Below are positions 20,961-31,368 of a DNA stretch of 64,000 nucleotides, one piece after another. The notes under the pieces were generated by a model. That model saw only the letters and a list, made by a program, of their open reading frames with translations. It searched no databases and was not told the DNA's origin. Positions within the stretch are counted from its first letter, which is position 1. The number at the start of each line of letters is the position of its first letter. The translations under genes were made by a program, and so were the position numbers. Location: sequence record LR756501.1. The stretch is one strand, 5' to 3'.

Positions 20961-23048
20961 GTGAGTTTCAAAAAATTCCAAATAATTAATCCAGATACAA
21001 TAGGTAGTCCAGAACCAGGACACATATATCTAGGTAGAGACAATATAGGACTTTGGGAAAAATATCCAGACGGAGATTGGGTTTATATAGTAACTGGCGG
21101 TACAACAGGAGCTGGAACTAGTGGTACTAGTGGGGCTGCTGGATCATCTGGCAAAGATGGATCATTCATTGGATCGTCAGGTGTAAGTGGAAGCTCAGGT
21201 ATTTCAAGTAGTTCAGGTGTAAGTGGGAGTTCTGGTAGATCAGGAACAGATGGCACTGCTGGGACTAGTGGATATACTGGATCGTCTGGTACATCTGGTA
21301 CATCAGGTAAAACTGGTACTGCTGGTTCTAGCGGCACTAGTGGCACAACTGGTTCTAGCGGATCATCTGGTAAAGACGGTAATTTTTGGGGGTCTAGTGG
21401 TACATCAGCTACATCAGGTATAAGTGGAGGATACGGCGGAGCATCAAGGAAATGGAGATTCACAACGTCCACTTATCCAGTAACACCTGGTTATTTTTAC
21501 GCCTACGGAACAACATATAATTTAAACGATATAACTTATATAAGAATTAACGAACAAGATGGTGATAGTCAAGGAGTTAATAATTGGCTAAGTTCGTGGA
21601 CAAGTGGAATATTAAAAATAGAGGAGTGGGGGAATCCTCAAAATTTTGGATTATATTCGATAATAAGTGGAGTAACTACAAACAGCTTCATTGTGAGTTA
21701 TTATGAGATAAGTGGAATAACAGCTTATAGTGCTGATGGTGTTTTGACTAATGGTGTAGATTATTTAATATCTTACGTACCTGGTTCTGGTACATCTGGT
21801 GGAGGTAGTGGGAAGAATGGAACTAGTGGTTCTTCTGGTATTGGATATAATTATTTAGATATAACTATTGTAACGGCTTCAACATATACAGTATTACCAA
21901 GTGATACATTTTTATTAGTTGAAACTTTTCCGACTGTTGATGCTGAAGTGATATTACCTCCTTGTAATGGTGGTGGTAGAGTTATTAAAATTAAAAACAA
22001 TAATCTCAAACCTGTAAATATAGTTCCTAATACGTTTCTTTGGTATATTGTAGATACTGGTTATACTATATCTGATTATATTGATACAGAATTTTTTGCC
22101 CCTTGGTTTGTATTCACAGATGGAAATCCAAAATATCTATTGAATCAAGGAGTTATAGATATTGTGGATACTGAAACCCAAGATCAAATTTTACCTAACG
22201 GTGGATTGTGGGAAATAATAAATGAAGAAAATAGAAGTGTAACGATTTTAACAGGTTATACTGAACTACACGGCAATGATTTAATACCAAGATATATTAT
22301 ATGTTCGGGAGGTACTTATAATATATTATTACCACAGGCTTATAGAACGGGTGTAATTTTCAATTTCAAAAATGTTAGTAATGGTACTGTTACAATTAAC
22401 GCTCAACCTAGTGAATATATTGATGGTGCTTCCACTTTAATACTACCAGAGTATGTTTCTTTAGTTGATTCTGGTTATTATAATTGGAGCATATTCGAAG
22501 ATATAGATGTCGGGATAGCTGGATCTAGTGGTACAAGCGGGTCTTCTGGGACCAGTGGTAGTTCAGGAACAAGTGGCACTTCAGGTAGTTCCGGTGTAAG
22601 TCCTAATTTTAATACTGACGCAGATTTGTATTTTGAAACATCGACTAATACTTTATTTACACCAAACATATATTTAACTGGTTCTACTATAACTATAAAA
22701 AATATACAGAACACATCAGATAACGGTAGTAAATTAATACTTAGAGATAACGTTATAATGCAAGTAACAGGCGTTACATCTGGAATTACAGTATCAACAG
22801 GTTATACAACAACAACTAGTGATTATTATATAAGAGTCATAGCTTCAGGCATGACTATAACACTACACGACGCCACTCAATCTTATCAAGAATTAATAAT
22901 TAAAAACGCCTCAAACGGTAATATAAATGTACAAAGACAAAATTCTAACACAATGGACGGTCTAACAACAAAAACATTATTAACACTACAATGTTTAATA
23001 GTAAAAGACGGTGCTATAAATAGTTGGGATATAATATCTTTCTATTAA
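20961..23048 (+). CDS. putative tail fibre/appendage protein with (G-S/T-S/T)n collagen-like repeats
   Basis: GTSGSSGTSG triplet tracts near 21100-21440, 21780-21845 and 22510-22600; fibre-like ILLPQA...FNFKN repeats; late box at 20934. Confidence 0.65.
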   Translation: MSFKKFQIINPDTIGSPEPGHIYLGRDNIGLWEKYPDGDWVYIVTGGTTGAGTSGTSGAAGSSGKDGSFIGSSGVSGSSGISSSSGVSGSSGRSGTDGTAGTSGYTGSSGTSGTSGKTGTAGSSGTSGTTGSSGSSGKDGNFWGSSGTSATSGISGGYGGASRKWRFTTSTYPVTPGYFYAYGTTYNLNDITYIRINEQDGDSQGVNNWLSSWTSGILKIEEWGNPQNFGLYSIISGVTTNSFIVSYYEISGITAYSADGVLTNGVDYLISYVPGSGTSGGGSGKNGTSGSSGIGYNYLDITIVTASTYTVLPSDTFLLVETFPTVDAEVILPPCNGGGRVIKIKNNNLKPVNIVPNTFLWYIVDTGYTISDYIDTEFFAPWFVFTDGNPKYLLNQGVIDIVDTETQDQILPNGGLWEIINEENRSVTILTGYTELHGNDLIPRYIICSGGTYNILLPQAYRTGVIFNFKNVSNGTVTINAQPSEYIDGASTLILPEYVSLVDSGYYNWSIFEDIDVGIAGSSGTSGSSGTSGSSGTSGTSGSSGVSPNFNTDADLYFETSTNTLFTPNIYLTGSTITIKNIQNTSDNGSKLILRDNVIMQVTGVTSGITVSTGYTTTTSDYYIRVIASGMTITLHDATQSYQELIIKNASNGNINVQRQNSNTMDGLTTKTLLTLQCLIVKDGAINSWDIISFY

Positions 23049-25264
23049 GCCTGTGAATTATTGTTATTAATACTAGATTTGTTTGTTATAGCTGACTGAA
23101 CTAGTCTTGTGGTAGAACCAAATGATGTGAAATTAATAGTTTTATCAGTACTCTTAGTCCAACCAAAATCAAGAGCTAAATCTTTCACATTAACAATATT
23201 AGGTATCGCTATTATACTTTGTAATTTGGCTATTTCAACTCTTTCTAATAGAATAACAGTATTGCCAATTGTAGCTGGTGTCTGGTAAGCGTAATTTATT
23301 TGAACACCTAAATTAGTCAAATTAGATATAACCGCGTCTATTTGTGCGTTTGTTATTCCGCCTTTTATCCAGACTATAACATTTCTATAAGAATCAAGAG
23401 TGCCTCTTGCACCAGGTTGTAATAAAGGAATACCATCAGCGTTAAATTGTGGTGGTATAATATCATTTATTCCTCCACTTCTTTCAGCAGCTATTTGAGC
23501 TGATGCCTTTGCGTCTGCTGATGTTACACCACCAGTGGCGTTTGGAACGTCCTTTAAACCTAAATCTGCTGTAGTATTACCGGATGAAACAACTGGTGTT
23601 GTTTTAACATCTAAGAATTTAAGATTTTCAAATATTTTAAATTTACCTGAATATAATAAGGTTTTTGTTTTATTTGAATTTAAAATGATATAAAAGTTAT
23701 CTGACTTCTCTTTAGTCATTTGTTTCAATATAGGTATATCTTCTTGATTAACTTTAAAGACAACTACACCAATATCAAACTTATTTTCGTCTGTCTGGTA
23801 ATAAATTTCTTTCTCAACTGTTTTAGTATCAGATTTAAAAACTAAATTCAATTTGGAATTTAATAAAACTTCACTTAAATTATAAGGAGTTATCGGTGTA
23901 GTAGGACTATCTTGCTTAGCCATTTGAAACTTAATTATATTATCAAATGGTGTTAATATAATATTTAATAATCCCATCCCTTTATAATCACTATCAGCAC
24001 CAGGATTCCAATTATTTGCTAATATTTTATAATTATTTATAAGAATTGGGAAAGGAACTTTAACTATATTAATATCAACATTCGTAGTACTAGTCTTCAA
24101 ATCGTAAACCTTATCGTACTTGTAATTATAAATTTTTGGTTTTGATAAATTATCAACAGTTAATCTTGCTAACGTTTTACCATATTTTAATAAATTGTTT
24201 GTTAGTCCAATACTAGCAAATCTACTAAACGAACTACTATCTACTAAATCTATAACTTTCATTTCCACATCAATGGCAGCAGTGGTATTTGAATATTTTA
24301 TAATAGGTCTATATTCTATTTTTTGTGCAAAATTTTCTGTTACTAAAAATGTAATAGGAAATCCACTTATTAAATTTTCCTCGTATAAAGTTACTACGTA
24401 TTCTATATTTATCTTTCTTCCTTGTGATTCTAAATTATTAACAAAGTTATCCATGTTTTCATTTGAATTATCATAAACACCGTATATTTCAAAGAAATCA
24501 CCCTGCGTAGATTCTTCAATCATTACACCCAAAGTTTGGTATTCTGGTTGTATAGATAAAGAAGTTTTATAAGTATCACCAAGATAATAATAAGGAACAC
24601 TAAAAACTGTCTGTTTAGAAGATATGAACGAAAACTCCAAATAAATAGGAGCACTCATATTTAATCCAACACCGTCAGTTAAATGATCATTTACACTATC
24701 AGGCGTTACTATATTTGATGTGGGATTTATTTCTCTTTGATTAGCAGTAGCTTGTGTGCTTGGCACGTAGAATGTTAAATATTTACCCCATTCTTTTTGG
24801 TTGTATGTAAATGGAGTGGCTAGGTCCATTAATTGGTCGGCGTATTCTATAACACCGCTAACACTTTGTGCTTGTGTTTTATCAAAATAAAAATTAGAAA
24901 GTGGGTATTGTTTTTTACCTAAATAGTCAAGGGCTTGAATTTTCAAATAGAAACCGTAATAAACACCAAAGTTATAACTAGATGGGAAGTATAAAGTTAC
25001 TTTATCGTAAAGCATAGGTGCTGTAGCGTAATTTTGTAACTTTAAGAAGTTAAATTTAGTAGGATCTACTTTTGAATATTTTTTATTTGTTGCGTCTATT
25101 ACGAATAAGTTATGATCAATATCATTAATATTAGTGGTTGATAAGAAGTTTCTAGTGTTTTTTGTAAGGTCTGACCATACAATATAATTTTCTGTTACAT
25201 TTAAACTACTATATTCCCATTCTAATAAAACATTTTGGTCTAGATTTAAATATTTTTTAGCCAT
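23045..25264 (-). CDS. putative virion structural protein
   Basis: Start moved to ATG 25264 (MAKKYLNL), TATATA box upstream; beta-rich composition. Confidence 0.6.
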   Translation of the reverse strand: MAKKYLNLDQNVLLEWEYSSLNVTENYIVWSDLTKNTRNFLSTTNINDIDHNLFVIDATNKKYSKVDPTKFNFLKLQNYATAPMLYDKVTLYFPSSYNFGVYYGFYLKIQALDYLGKKQYPLSNFYFDKTQAQSVSGVIEYADQLMDLATPFTYNQKEWGKYLTFYVPSTQATANQREINPTSNIVTPDSVNDHLTDGVGLNMSAPIYLEFSFISSKQTVFSVPYYYLGDTYKTSLSIQPEYQTLGVMIEESTQGDFFEIYGVYDNSNENMDNFVNNLESQGRKINIEYVVTLYEENLISGFPITFLVTENFAQKIEYRPIIKYSNTTAAIDVEMKVIDLVDSSSFSRFASIGLTNNLLKYGKTLARLTVDNLSKPKIYNYKYDKVYDLKTSTTNVDINIVKVPFPILINNYKILANNWNPGADSDYKGMGLLNIILTPFDNIIKFQMAKQDSPTTPITPYNLSEVLLNSKLNLVFKSDTKTVEKEIYYQTDENKFDIGVVVFKVNQEDIPILKQMTKEKSDNFYIILNSNKTKTLLYSGKFKIFENLKFLDVKTTPVVSSGNTTADLGLKDVPNATGGVTSADAKASAQIAAERSGGINDIIPPQFNADGIPLLQPGARGTLDSYRNVIVWIKGGITNAQIDAVISNLTNLGVQINYAYQTPATIGNTVILLERVEIAKLQSIIAIPNIVNVKDLALDFGWTKSTDKTINFTSFGSTTRLVQSAITNKSSINNNNSQA

Positions 25265-25315
25265 TGTTGCACATTTCTTTTTCGTTATATATAAAAAACG
25301 GCAACACACAAAAAC

Positions 25316-25352
25316 AAAAAACCCCAACAAAAATTGCTGGGGGTTTCTTTTT
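25316..25352. terminator. putative terminator
   Basis: AAAAACCCCA...TGGGGTTTCTTTTT. Confidence 0.55.
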
Positions 25353-25567
25353 TACATCCACTTTTTACGATTTTCATCAAACTCTTTTTCAAGTTTGGTT
25401 AGTTTGTAACTCCATGTTTCAGGAAAATCAAGTAACCTGTACTTTTGATTCCTTACTTCTTGGTGAATGTTTCTAGGTTCTGCTTCAATAAAGTAATATT
25501 GAGCATGGTAACCTCTTCGGTTTACCATATCGACTCTCCAAAGTCGAAGTTTATCATTTGTTTTCAT
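25352..25567 (-). CDS. hypothetical protein
   Basis: 71-aa ORF. Confidence 0.6.
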   Translation of the reverse strand: MKTNDKLRLWRVDMVNRRGYHAQYYFIEAEPRNIHQEVRNQKYRLLDFPETWSYKLTKLEKEFDENRKKWM

Positions 25568-25652
25568 AACTCAGGATCTACCCGAGTTATGATGAGTTAT
25601 ATTTTTTCATATTACTATATATACAATATTTTTAGTGTAGTTTGGACAATTT

Positions 25653-26684
25653 TTAACGTCTTCCACCTCCGCCACCGCCACGAGATCCACCGCCTCCACC
25701 GCTAGATCCGCCACGCATTCCACCTCCACTTGAACCACCGCTTCTACCAGCAGGTGAGTAAGAACCACCACTCCTAGATGGAGTTGAATAACTACCTCCA
25801 CTTCTACTTGGTGAAGAATAATTACCAGTTCCTCTTTGTTGTGAGGGAGAATTATATCCTCTGTTATAACCAGGATTTTGTCTCTGCGAAGGAGAATTAT
25901 ATCCTCTGTTATAACCAGGATTTTGTCTCTGCGAAGGAGATCTATATCCTGGATTTACTGTACCCCTACTACGTGGACTCATATATTCTTGACTTGACCT
26001 AGCCTGACGATATTGTGCTGGATAATAACTCTTAGCGTTATTATATCTTTGCTGTGAATTAGTTCTTTGCTGTGTGCTAACTCCTCTATTAACAGGTTGC
26101 CTACTCTGTAAAGCCCTATTACTTGGTGTCCTTGTATTTATTCCGCTTCTTGTATTCACACCAGTTGTTCTAGTGTTTCTGTACATATCATTCCTTTTAC
26201 CGTTGTAATTACTACGTCCGTAACCAACATCTCTATGCCTTCCCATATATGTATTATAATGAGCTCCGTAGTTACCATAGTAACCTCCGTAATATCCACC
26301 ATAGTAACCCCAACCGTAATAAGGATAGCCCCAGTAACCACCGTACCAATAAGGATTATACCAACCAAACCCGTAGTAATATGGTGAATAATACGGAGCA
26401 TATCCCCAAGTATATCCCATGTAATAATACGGACTATAAACAGATACGTAGAAAGGATCTGGATCGAAGATATTAACGTAGAGATTTTTCTCAGCGTTAT
26501 ATACTGTACCAAAACCAAATTTGTTCTCATCGTAGTACTTTGTAGTATCTACCGATGTAGAATCTGGCGGTGAAGTATATGATAAATCATCTGTGTAATA
26601 TGATTGAGGGTTAACTGTAGCGTTGCGCGAAGCAGTACAACCGACAAAGATCAATAAAATCAGAAATAAGAAAATCTTTTTCAT
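25653..26684 (-). CDS. lipoprotein with Tyr/Gly/Trp-rich segment and Arg/Ser/Gly/Gln low-complexity tail
   Basis: Signal peptide II MKKIFLFLILLIFVG-C; DDLSY motif; YGG/RGG-type repeats. Confidence 0.75.
   Translation of the reverse strand: MKKIFLFLILLIFVGCTASRNATVNPQSYYTDDLSYTSPPDSTSVDTTKYYDENKFGFGTVYNAEKNLYVNIFDPDPFYVSVYSPYYYMGYTWGYAPYYSPYYYGFGWYNPYWYGGYWGYPYYGWGYYGGYYGGYYGNYGAHYNTYMGRHRDVGYGRSNYNGKRNDMYRNTRTTGVNTRSGINTRTPSNRALQSRQPVNRGVSTQQRTNSQQRYNNAKSYYPAQYRQARSSQEYMSPRSRGTVNPGYRSPSQRQNPGYNRGYNSPSQRQNPGYNRGYNSPSQQRGTGNYSSPSRSGGSYSTPSRSGGSYSPAGRSGGSSGGGMRGGSSGGGGGSRGGGGGGRR
25846..25940. repeat. 45-bp coding tandem repeat (2 full copies plus partial)
   Basis: Units 25846-25890 and 25891-25935 identical; encode SPSQRQNPGYNRGYN on the minus strand. 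Confidence 0.9.
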
Positions 26685-26718
26685 AATTATTTGATTATTT
26701 TTATATATTATATAACAA

Positions 26719-27348
26719 TTATTGTGCCAAAGGTTTTAATTCGTTCGGAGTTATCTTTTGGAACATCCAATGATCATCCGTTGTAACATGTCCTTTCCTA
26801 ACATATTTTGCGATAGATTTTTCAAAATCTTCAAATGAAAAACTAGAAGCCAATCTAATTACAAATCCCTCTTGTATTTCAGTATTAATTTTAAAATTCT
26901 CAATAAATTCTTTGTTATAGATACCACGCCAAAGAACTGGAACGTGCTCTAATCCAAGGAATTTACTAAATGTAACAGTATCGTCCCACGATAAACAAGT
27001 ATCGTCTTCGTCCCAGATAGAGAAAACCATAAAGTAACTAGGAAGATTTTTATAAGATAATGAATGTTGAGCGTAAAGATTTTCACCACAAATTTTCCAA
27101 TCGTCTGGTATATTATATTTAATATTGCCCCAAAGTCCTTTTACCCAATGTCTTGAAGGATGATCAGCACTATCTAACGAACGGGCGTGAATACAATCAT
27201 TCATCATAGTAGTATTTTCACCATCCATTTTCTCTGTGATAACAATCTCTTTACCTTCGAAAAAAGCAATATCCTGATGGATTTTATCATCCGAAGTCGC
27301 TCCAGGGCTCCAATTTACGTGAAAAGTACGTGGGTATTTACGTTTCAT
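26719..27348 (-). CDS. RNA ligase (Rnl2-like nucleotidyltransferase family)
   Basis: KYPRTFH...SPG...DD, ITEKMDGEN (motif I KxDG), GENL, FMVFSIWD, EGFV, KYVR. Confidence 0.85.
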   Translation of the reverse strand: MKRKYPRTFHVNWSPGATSDDKIHQDIAFFEGKEIVITEKMDGENTTMMNDCIHARSLDSADHPSRHWVKGLWGNIKYNIPDDWKICGENLYAQHSLSYKNLPSYFMVFSIWDEDDTCLSWDDTVTFSKFLGLEHVPVLWRGIYNKEFIENFKINTEIQEGFVIRLASSFSFEDFEKSIAKYVRKGHVTTDDHWMFQKITPNELKPLAQ

Positions 27349-27349
27349 A

Positions 27350-27643
27350 TTATTCGTGTACTTTCTTCCCTTGTTTGAATTTTTCTAGCCAAGTCTCAAA
27401 TGGCGTATAATATCCATTTTCTATCATGTGACCGTATTCTTTACCAGCTTCAAACGCCTTTTTCATATGTTTCAAGGATATTTCAGCGCATTCTTCTGCC
27501 GTACCATACACATATTGATAATCATCTTCATGTTTAGCCCAATCTGAAGCTATTATATTCCAATATTCTTTTTCAAAATTTGAAAGAGAATCATATCTTT
27601 CCTCCGAATTTTGATTTTCATTAAATCTCTTAATGTTTGCCAT
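27350..27643 (-). CDS. hypothetical protein with CTS-like N-terminus
   Basis: MANIKRFNE. Confidence 0.7.
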   Translation of the reverse strand: MANIKRFNENQNSEERYDSLSNFEKEYWNIIASDWAKHEDDYQYVYGTAEECAEISLKHMKKAFEAGKEYGHMIENGYYTPFETWLEKFKQGKKVHE

Positions 27644-27658
27644 ATTTTTATATTATTT

Positions 27659-27982
27659 TTAAGAAAAACATTCAGGACATCTACCGTCACTTACAAATTG
27701 AGTTCCACAATCGTCACAAGTTCTTAAAGGCATTTGTGGAGCAGTCTTTCTTCCTTTTATAAAATTATTCCACTGTTTATGATATTTCTTTTTATAATGT
27801 TCACAATTTTTTTCAGATTGTGATAAATAACATTCTGAATCACAAGCTAATCCTGCTTCTGAATTTGGGTATAGATAATCTAAAAAACAACCCCCTTCTG
27901 GACATTCACAAATTTCCCAATTCTCTTCACCGTAGGGATCAAGTTCTTTTTTAGAATCAAACATTTTAAATTTTTTTATCAA
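27659..27982 (-). CDS. Cys-rich DPYGEENW-motif protein (start may be the later ATG, MFDSKK)
   Basis: DPYGEENW at 27917-27940; CECPEGGC, CDSEC, CDDC...CPEC. Confidence 0.65.
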   Translation of the reverse strand: MIKKFKMFDSKKELDPYGEENWEICECPEGGCFLDYLYPNSEAGLACDSECYLSQSEKNCEHYKKKYHKQWNNFIKGRKTAPQMPLRTCDDCGTQFVSDGRCPECFS

Positions 27983-27984
27983 TG

Positions 27985-27992
27985 CAAATATA
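27985..27992 (-). promoter_or_regulatory. Bacteroidota-type -7 box TATATTTG
   Basis: TAnnTTTG with T-tract about 17 nt upstream. Confidence 0.5.
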
Positions 27993-28102
27993 CTTAATTT
28001 TGTCCACTTAAAAAAATATAATTTAAACTAACTAATATATTGATATATATTAAAAATAACAACAATAAAAAAGATATATAAGGAGAAAAATTTAATTCAA
28101 CT

Positions 28103-29011
28103 ATGAGAAACCAGAAGATAAGGACGTTCTACAAAAAAGAAATGGCTTTAAATGATATAGTCGCAGAGAACTACTCAATGTCGCCCAACAAACCGAAGTT
28201 GTTCATGGACCACGTCGAAAAGAAAGACAAGAAAGACCTCCTTATAGTTGACGAAGACTTCGATCCTTTCGGTAGAGAAGATTTCTACATCGCTCATACA
28301 AAAGAATACGTTGACGCCTTCTTTGATAACATTCCAAATCTTAACGTTAGTAATAAATTAAAGTGGACACCAGAGTTTGCTGATACAGTAAGGTACACAA
28401 ACGCTTCACTTTACGCTGCTATTAAACATAGCATTGATTATCCTGATATAGTGAGTTTATCACCAACTGCTGGATTTCATCACGCTATGCCACATAGAGG
28501 TTTTGATTTCTGCACGTTTTCTGGTCAAGTTATAGCTTCTGCTAAAATATACCAACAATACAAATTAGCTGGCGCTTACATAGATTTGGACGCACATTTT
28601 GGTAACTCCATTGGAGACAGCATGGGTTACGTTAAAGATTTAGATAAGGCCATTGTGATGAACATTAACCCTGAAGATTACCACGATTGGTACATTAAAA
28701 ATCTAAAAAGAGATCTTAAAATTTTAGAGAAAAAAATATTAAATAATGAGGCCGACTACATAGTATTTGCTCACGGTGCTGATAGCACAGAAGACGATGA
28801 TTTAGGCGACGGTCAACTAACTGATAAAGGCTGGGTCAGAGTTAGTGAAATAGTCTATAACTTCATTAACAATATTGATTTAAAATTAGGAAGACCGATT
28901 CCTTTAACTTTATCTTTATTTGGCGGATACAGAAGAGCCAACTTCGATAGTGTGTTGGACTTACATTTAACAGATATAGAAAAATGCCACAGTATCCTCT
29001 GTAAAAATTAA
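28103..29011 (+). CDS. Zn-dependent histone deacetylase-family (HDAC/AcuC-like) protein
   Basis: AHTKEYV, AGFHHA, GFDFCTF, IDLDAHFGN, HGAD...DDLG, LFGGY motifs. Confidence 0.85.
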   Translation: MRNQKIRTFYKKEMALNDIVAENYSMSPNKPKLFMDHVEKKDKKDLLIVDEDFDPFGREDFYIAHTKEYVDAFFDNIPNLNVSNKLKWTPEFADTVRYTNASLYAAIKHSIDYPDIVSLSPTAGFHHAMPHRGFDFCTFSGQVIASAKIYQQYKLAGAYIDLDAHFGNSIGDSMGYVKDLDKAIVMNINPEDYHDWYIKNLKRDLKILEKKILNNEADYIVFAHGADSTEDDDLGDGQLTDKGWVRVSEIVYNFINNIDLKLGRPIPLTLSLFGGYRRANFDSVLDLHLTDIEKCHSILCKN

Positions 29012-29035
29012 TTCTAAAATTTAATATATAGTGCC

Positions 29036-30313
29036 ATGAAATATCTTGGATCTATATTTGAAGAATTGGGTGTGAAAACATTACCAGTGTCGTCTTATTT
29101 GAACTGGAGTGATTTAGAATTCGATAAAATTAGAAAATCCAGAGGCGATAAATATAAGAAGTACGGTGGTAAAGAATTAGCTGAGGAAAGAAGAGCTTTA
29201 AAGAAGAAAATTAAAGCTGATATAGATGAAATCAAAAAACTAAAAGACACTGGAATCTTTTTCATAGAGAAAGAGTCTTTCCCTATGCAATTCTTCACTC
29301 TATATTTTTATAACGTTAGATATAAAAAACCTATATCAGATATATTCAATAAATGGGGAATTGATCCACTCGCTGCTAAAACTCATTTCAGTTTAGAAGA
29401 TAGACTAAATAGGATGCACTTTCTTAAAGGCGTTGATCCTCAGTTAAGAGGGACAGGTCTCGCCGAATTACTTTACAAGGAATTTATACATTATATAGGT
29501 TGGGCCACTTCAAATGCTGACGCTAAACCAGGTGTTAAAATCATATGGTCTAAATTGGCGAAGGATGATGATTTTTATACAGTTGTAACTTATTTTGATG
29601 TATTGGCTATAAGTAAAAAGAAAGGATATACTGACGAAGAGATAAGACAAATAGTAAATAGATTTTTGGAATCTAAAGTTGAAGACGTTTATAAATATAA
29701 GGGTAAGACTATCATAGACGACGAACTTCTTGAAATGTTTCCTGAACTAAAAGATAAATATTACAAGAAAGGTAAAGTAGTTAAAAGGTACGAGAACATT
29801 ATAAAGAAAGAATTAAAATATCTACCTTTTATAAACGACTCTCTAATCATTGACGTTAAAGGGAATGAAGAGTATTGTCTGATTAGAGATGTATATTTCA
29901 CACACGGTAAAATATATTACTGGGGAGTTGTTAGAGCTGGCGATATAATTATATCTCCTTATATTGAAGACGGGGAGATAGGATTCAGTAAAGTTCTATG
30001 GAAAGAAGTTGACGGTTACGATAAATATACTGTATTACAACAAGACGTTGACGTTGTTGGAATTATACCAAACTCAAATGATATAAGGTTAACAAGAAGA
30101 AACGTTAGTGTACAGGATATGATAGATGGAGTAAGATTAACATATATTCCAAGAAGAGTTGTATATAGTGGTGAAGAATTAGATAGATTAGTCTTCTCGA
30201 GAACTAGAGTTAAAAACTCCATTGAAGTTAGAATATCATATCACGACGAAAGAAGAAAGTTGCAACTCATTAAGAACCATGAGTATTACAAAAGAATGTT
30301 TATCGCTAGGTAA
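29036..30313 (+). CDS. protein with GNAT acetyltransferase-like motif A
   Basis: FLKGVDPQLRGTGLAELLY matches the V.P..R..G.(A/G)..L acetyl-CoA-binding loop; late box at 29022. Confidence 0.5.
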   Translation: MKYLGSIFEELGVKTLPVSSYLNWSDLEFDKIRKSRGDKYKKYGGKELAEERRALKKKIKADIDEIKKLKDTGIFFIEKESFPMQFFTLYFYNVRYKKPISDIFNKWGIDPLAAKTHFSLEDRLNRMHFLKGVDPQLRGTGLAELLYKEFIHYIGWATSNADAKPGVKIIWSKLAKDDDFYTVVTYFDVLAISKKKGYTDEEIRQIVNRFLESKVEDVYKYKGKTIIDDELLEMFPELKDKYYKKGKVVKRYENIIKKELKYLPFINDSLIIDVKGNEEYCLIRDVYFTHGKIYYWGVVRAGDIIISPYIEDGEIGFSKVLWKEVDGYDKYTVLQQDVDVVGIIPNSNDIRLTRRNVSVQDMIDGVRLTYIPRRVVYSGEELDRLVFSRTRVKNSIEVRISYHDERRKLQLIKNHEYYKRMFIAR

Positions 30314-31209
30314 TTTATTAGGCTATCGTCACTTAAATCCTTAATATCGTTTTCCCATATATAAAAAACTTTATAACCAAAAGATTCTGCTAATATCTTT
30401 TTATTCAAATCCCTTCTCCATATAGTTTTTACTCTTTCCTTTTTGAATGGGAATTTTAAAACGTCGTTCTCATTATAGATAACAGGATTGGCGTGCCATA
30501 AATCACTATTAACATCTATCAAAGTATTCTTTATCTTTATATCAAAAAACTTCCTACCAATCATAAATCTTTTAGTATAAGTTATATTCAACTTATCAAG
30601 GCAGTTAGTGACTTTAGATTCTATTGACGAATATATTTTATCAAGGAGGAAATCTTTTTGTTCGTCTGATAGGTTTATCCAGTGATTATAACAGATTCTA
30701 TATAAACTCTTTAATTCATTTTGTACTTCTTCATCTATTGAATCATTTTTCATATTTAATGTCTTGGATATGAATAGGTCACGCAGATTTATGAAATTCT
30801 GTATGCTTTTAGAAGCGTTTAGATTCTTCACAAGTTTCTTATTTTTAACGGATTGGAGTTTTGAAACGTTATCTACTCCATATTTAGTCATACAAGTCTT
30901 TTTGTATTTCTTAGTTGATATTTGTTTAGAACTGACTTTCATAGTTCTTCTTTTGATGTTGTAATAATCTAGAAGAAAGATTATATTCTTGTAACTTATT
31001 CTGTGATCTTTTCTGATCTCTGGTAGACTTTTAAGTTTGACGACGTATTCATCGAAGAGAGTATTCTTAGAACTTATCATGGGGAAGTTATAAGATAGAA
31101 ATTCAAATTTGATTCCTTCCTTTGTCCATACTTTCATGTTCTTGTTACATCTATAAATATGGCGACCGTCGTAGCGGTTGATTCTATTTTTACAAAAAGG
31201 GCAGTGCAT
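30286..31209 (-). mobile_element. free-standing homing endonuclease, Vsr/EDxHD (DUF559)-like, possibly degenerate
   Basis: KYGVDNVSK repeat; SSIESKV...FFDIKI...LIDVNSDLWHANP...RDLNKK..A...GYKVFYIWEND; the usual EVNGDYWH reads DVNSDLWH. Confidence 0.7.
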
Positions 31210-31368
31210 CTTCTCCCGTATATATAAATAGTGAGAAGTTGGATAACTTCATATTTTTCAGTTGGAAAACTATCAAAAAATGAGAAAAATTATAATATAT
31301 ATAGTATTAAACGTATTAAATTGTATGTGCGTCGTGGGACAAACATAGTAAAAAATAATTAAAAAAAT

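Noticed and set aside
25846-25940. Direct repeats as a CRISPR array
   Set aside because: Contiguous 45-bp in-frame coding repeats without unique spacers
27964-27982. MIKKFKMF as a CTS
   Set aside because: Depends on a TTG start only 2 nt from the promoter box; the later ATG in A-rich context is more plausible
28258-28290. DPFGREDF in the HDAC as another DPYGEE copy
   Set aside because: It matches the normal HDAC segment preceding AH...YV, so it is likely coincidental
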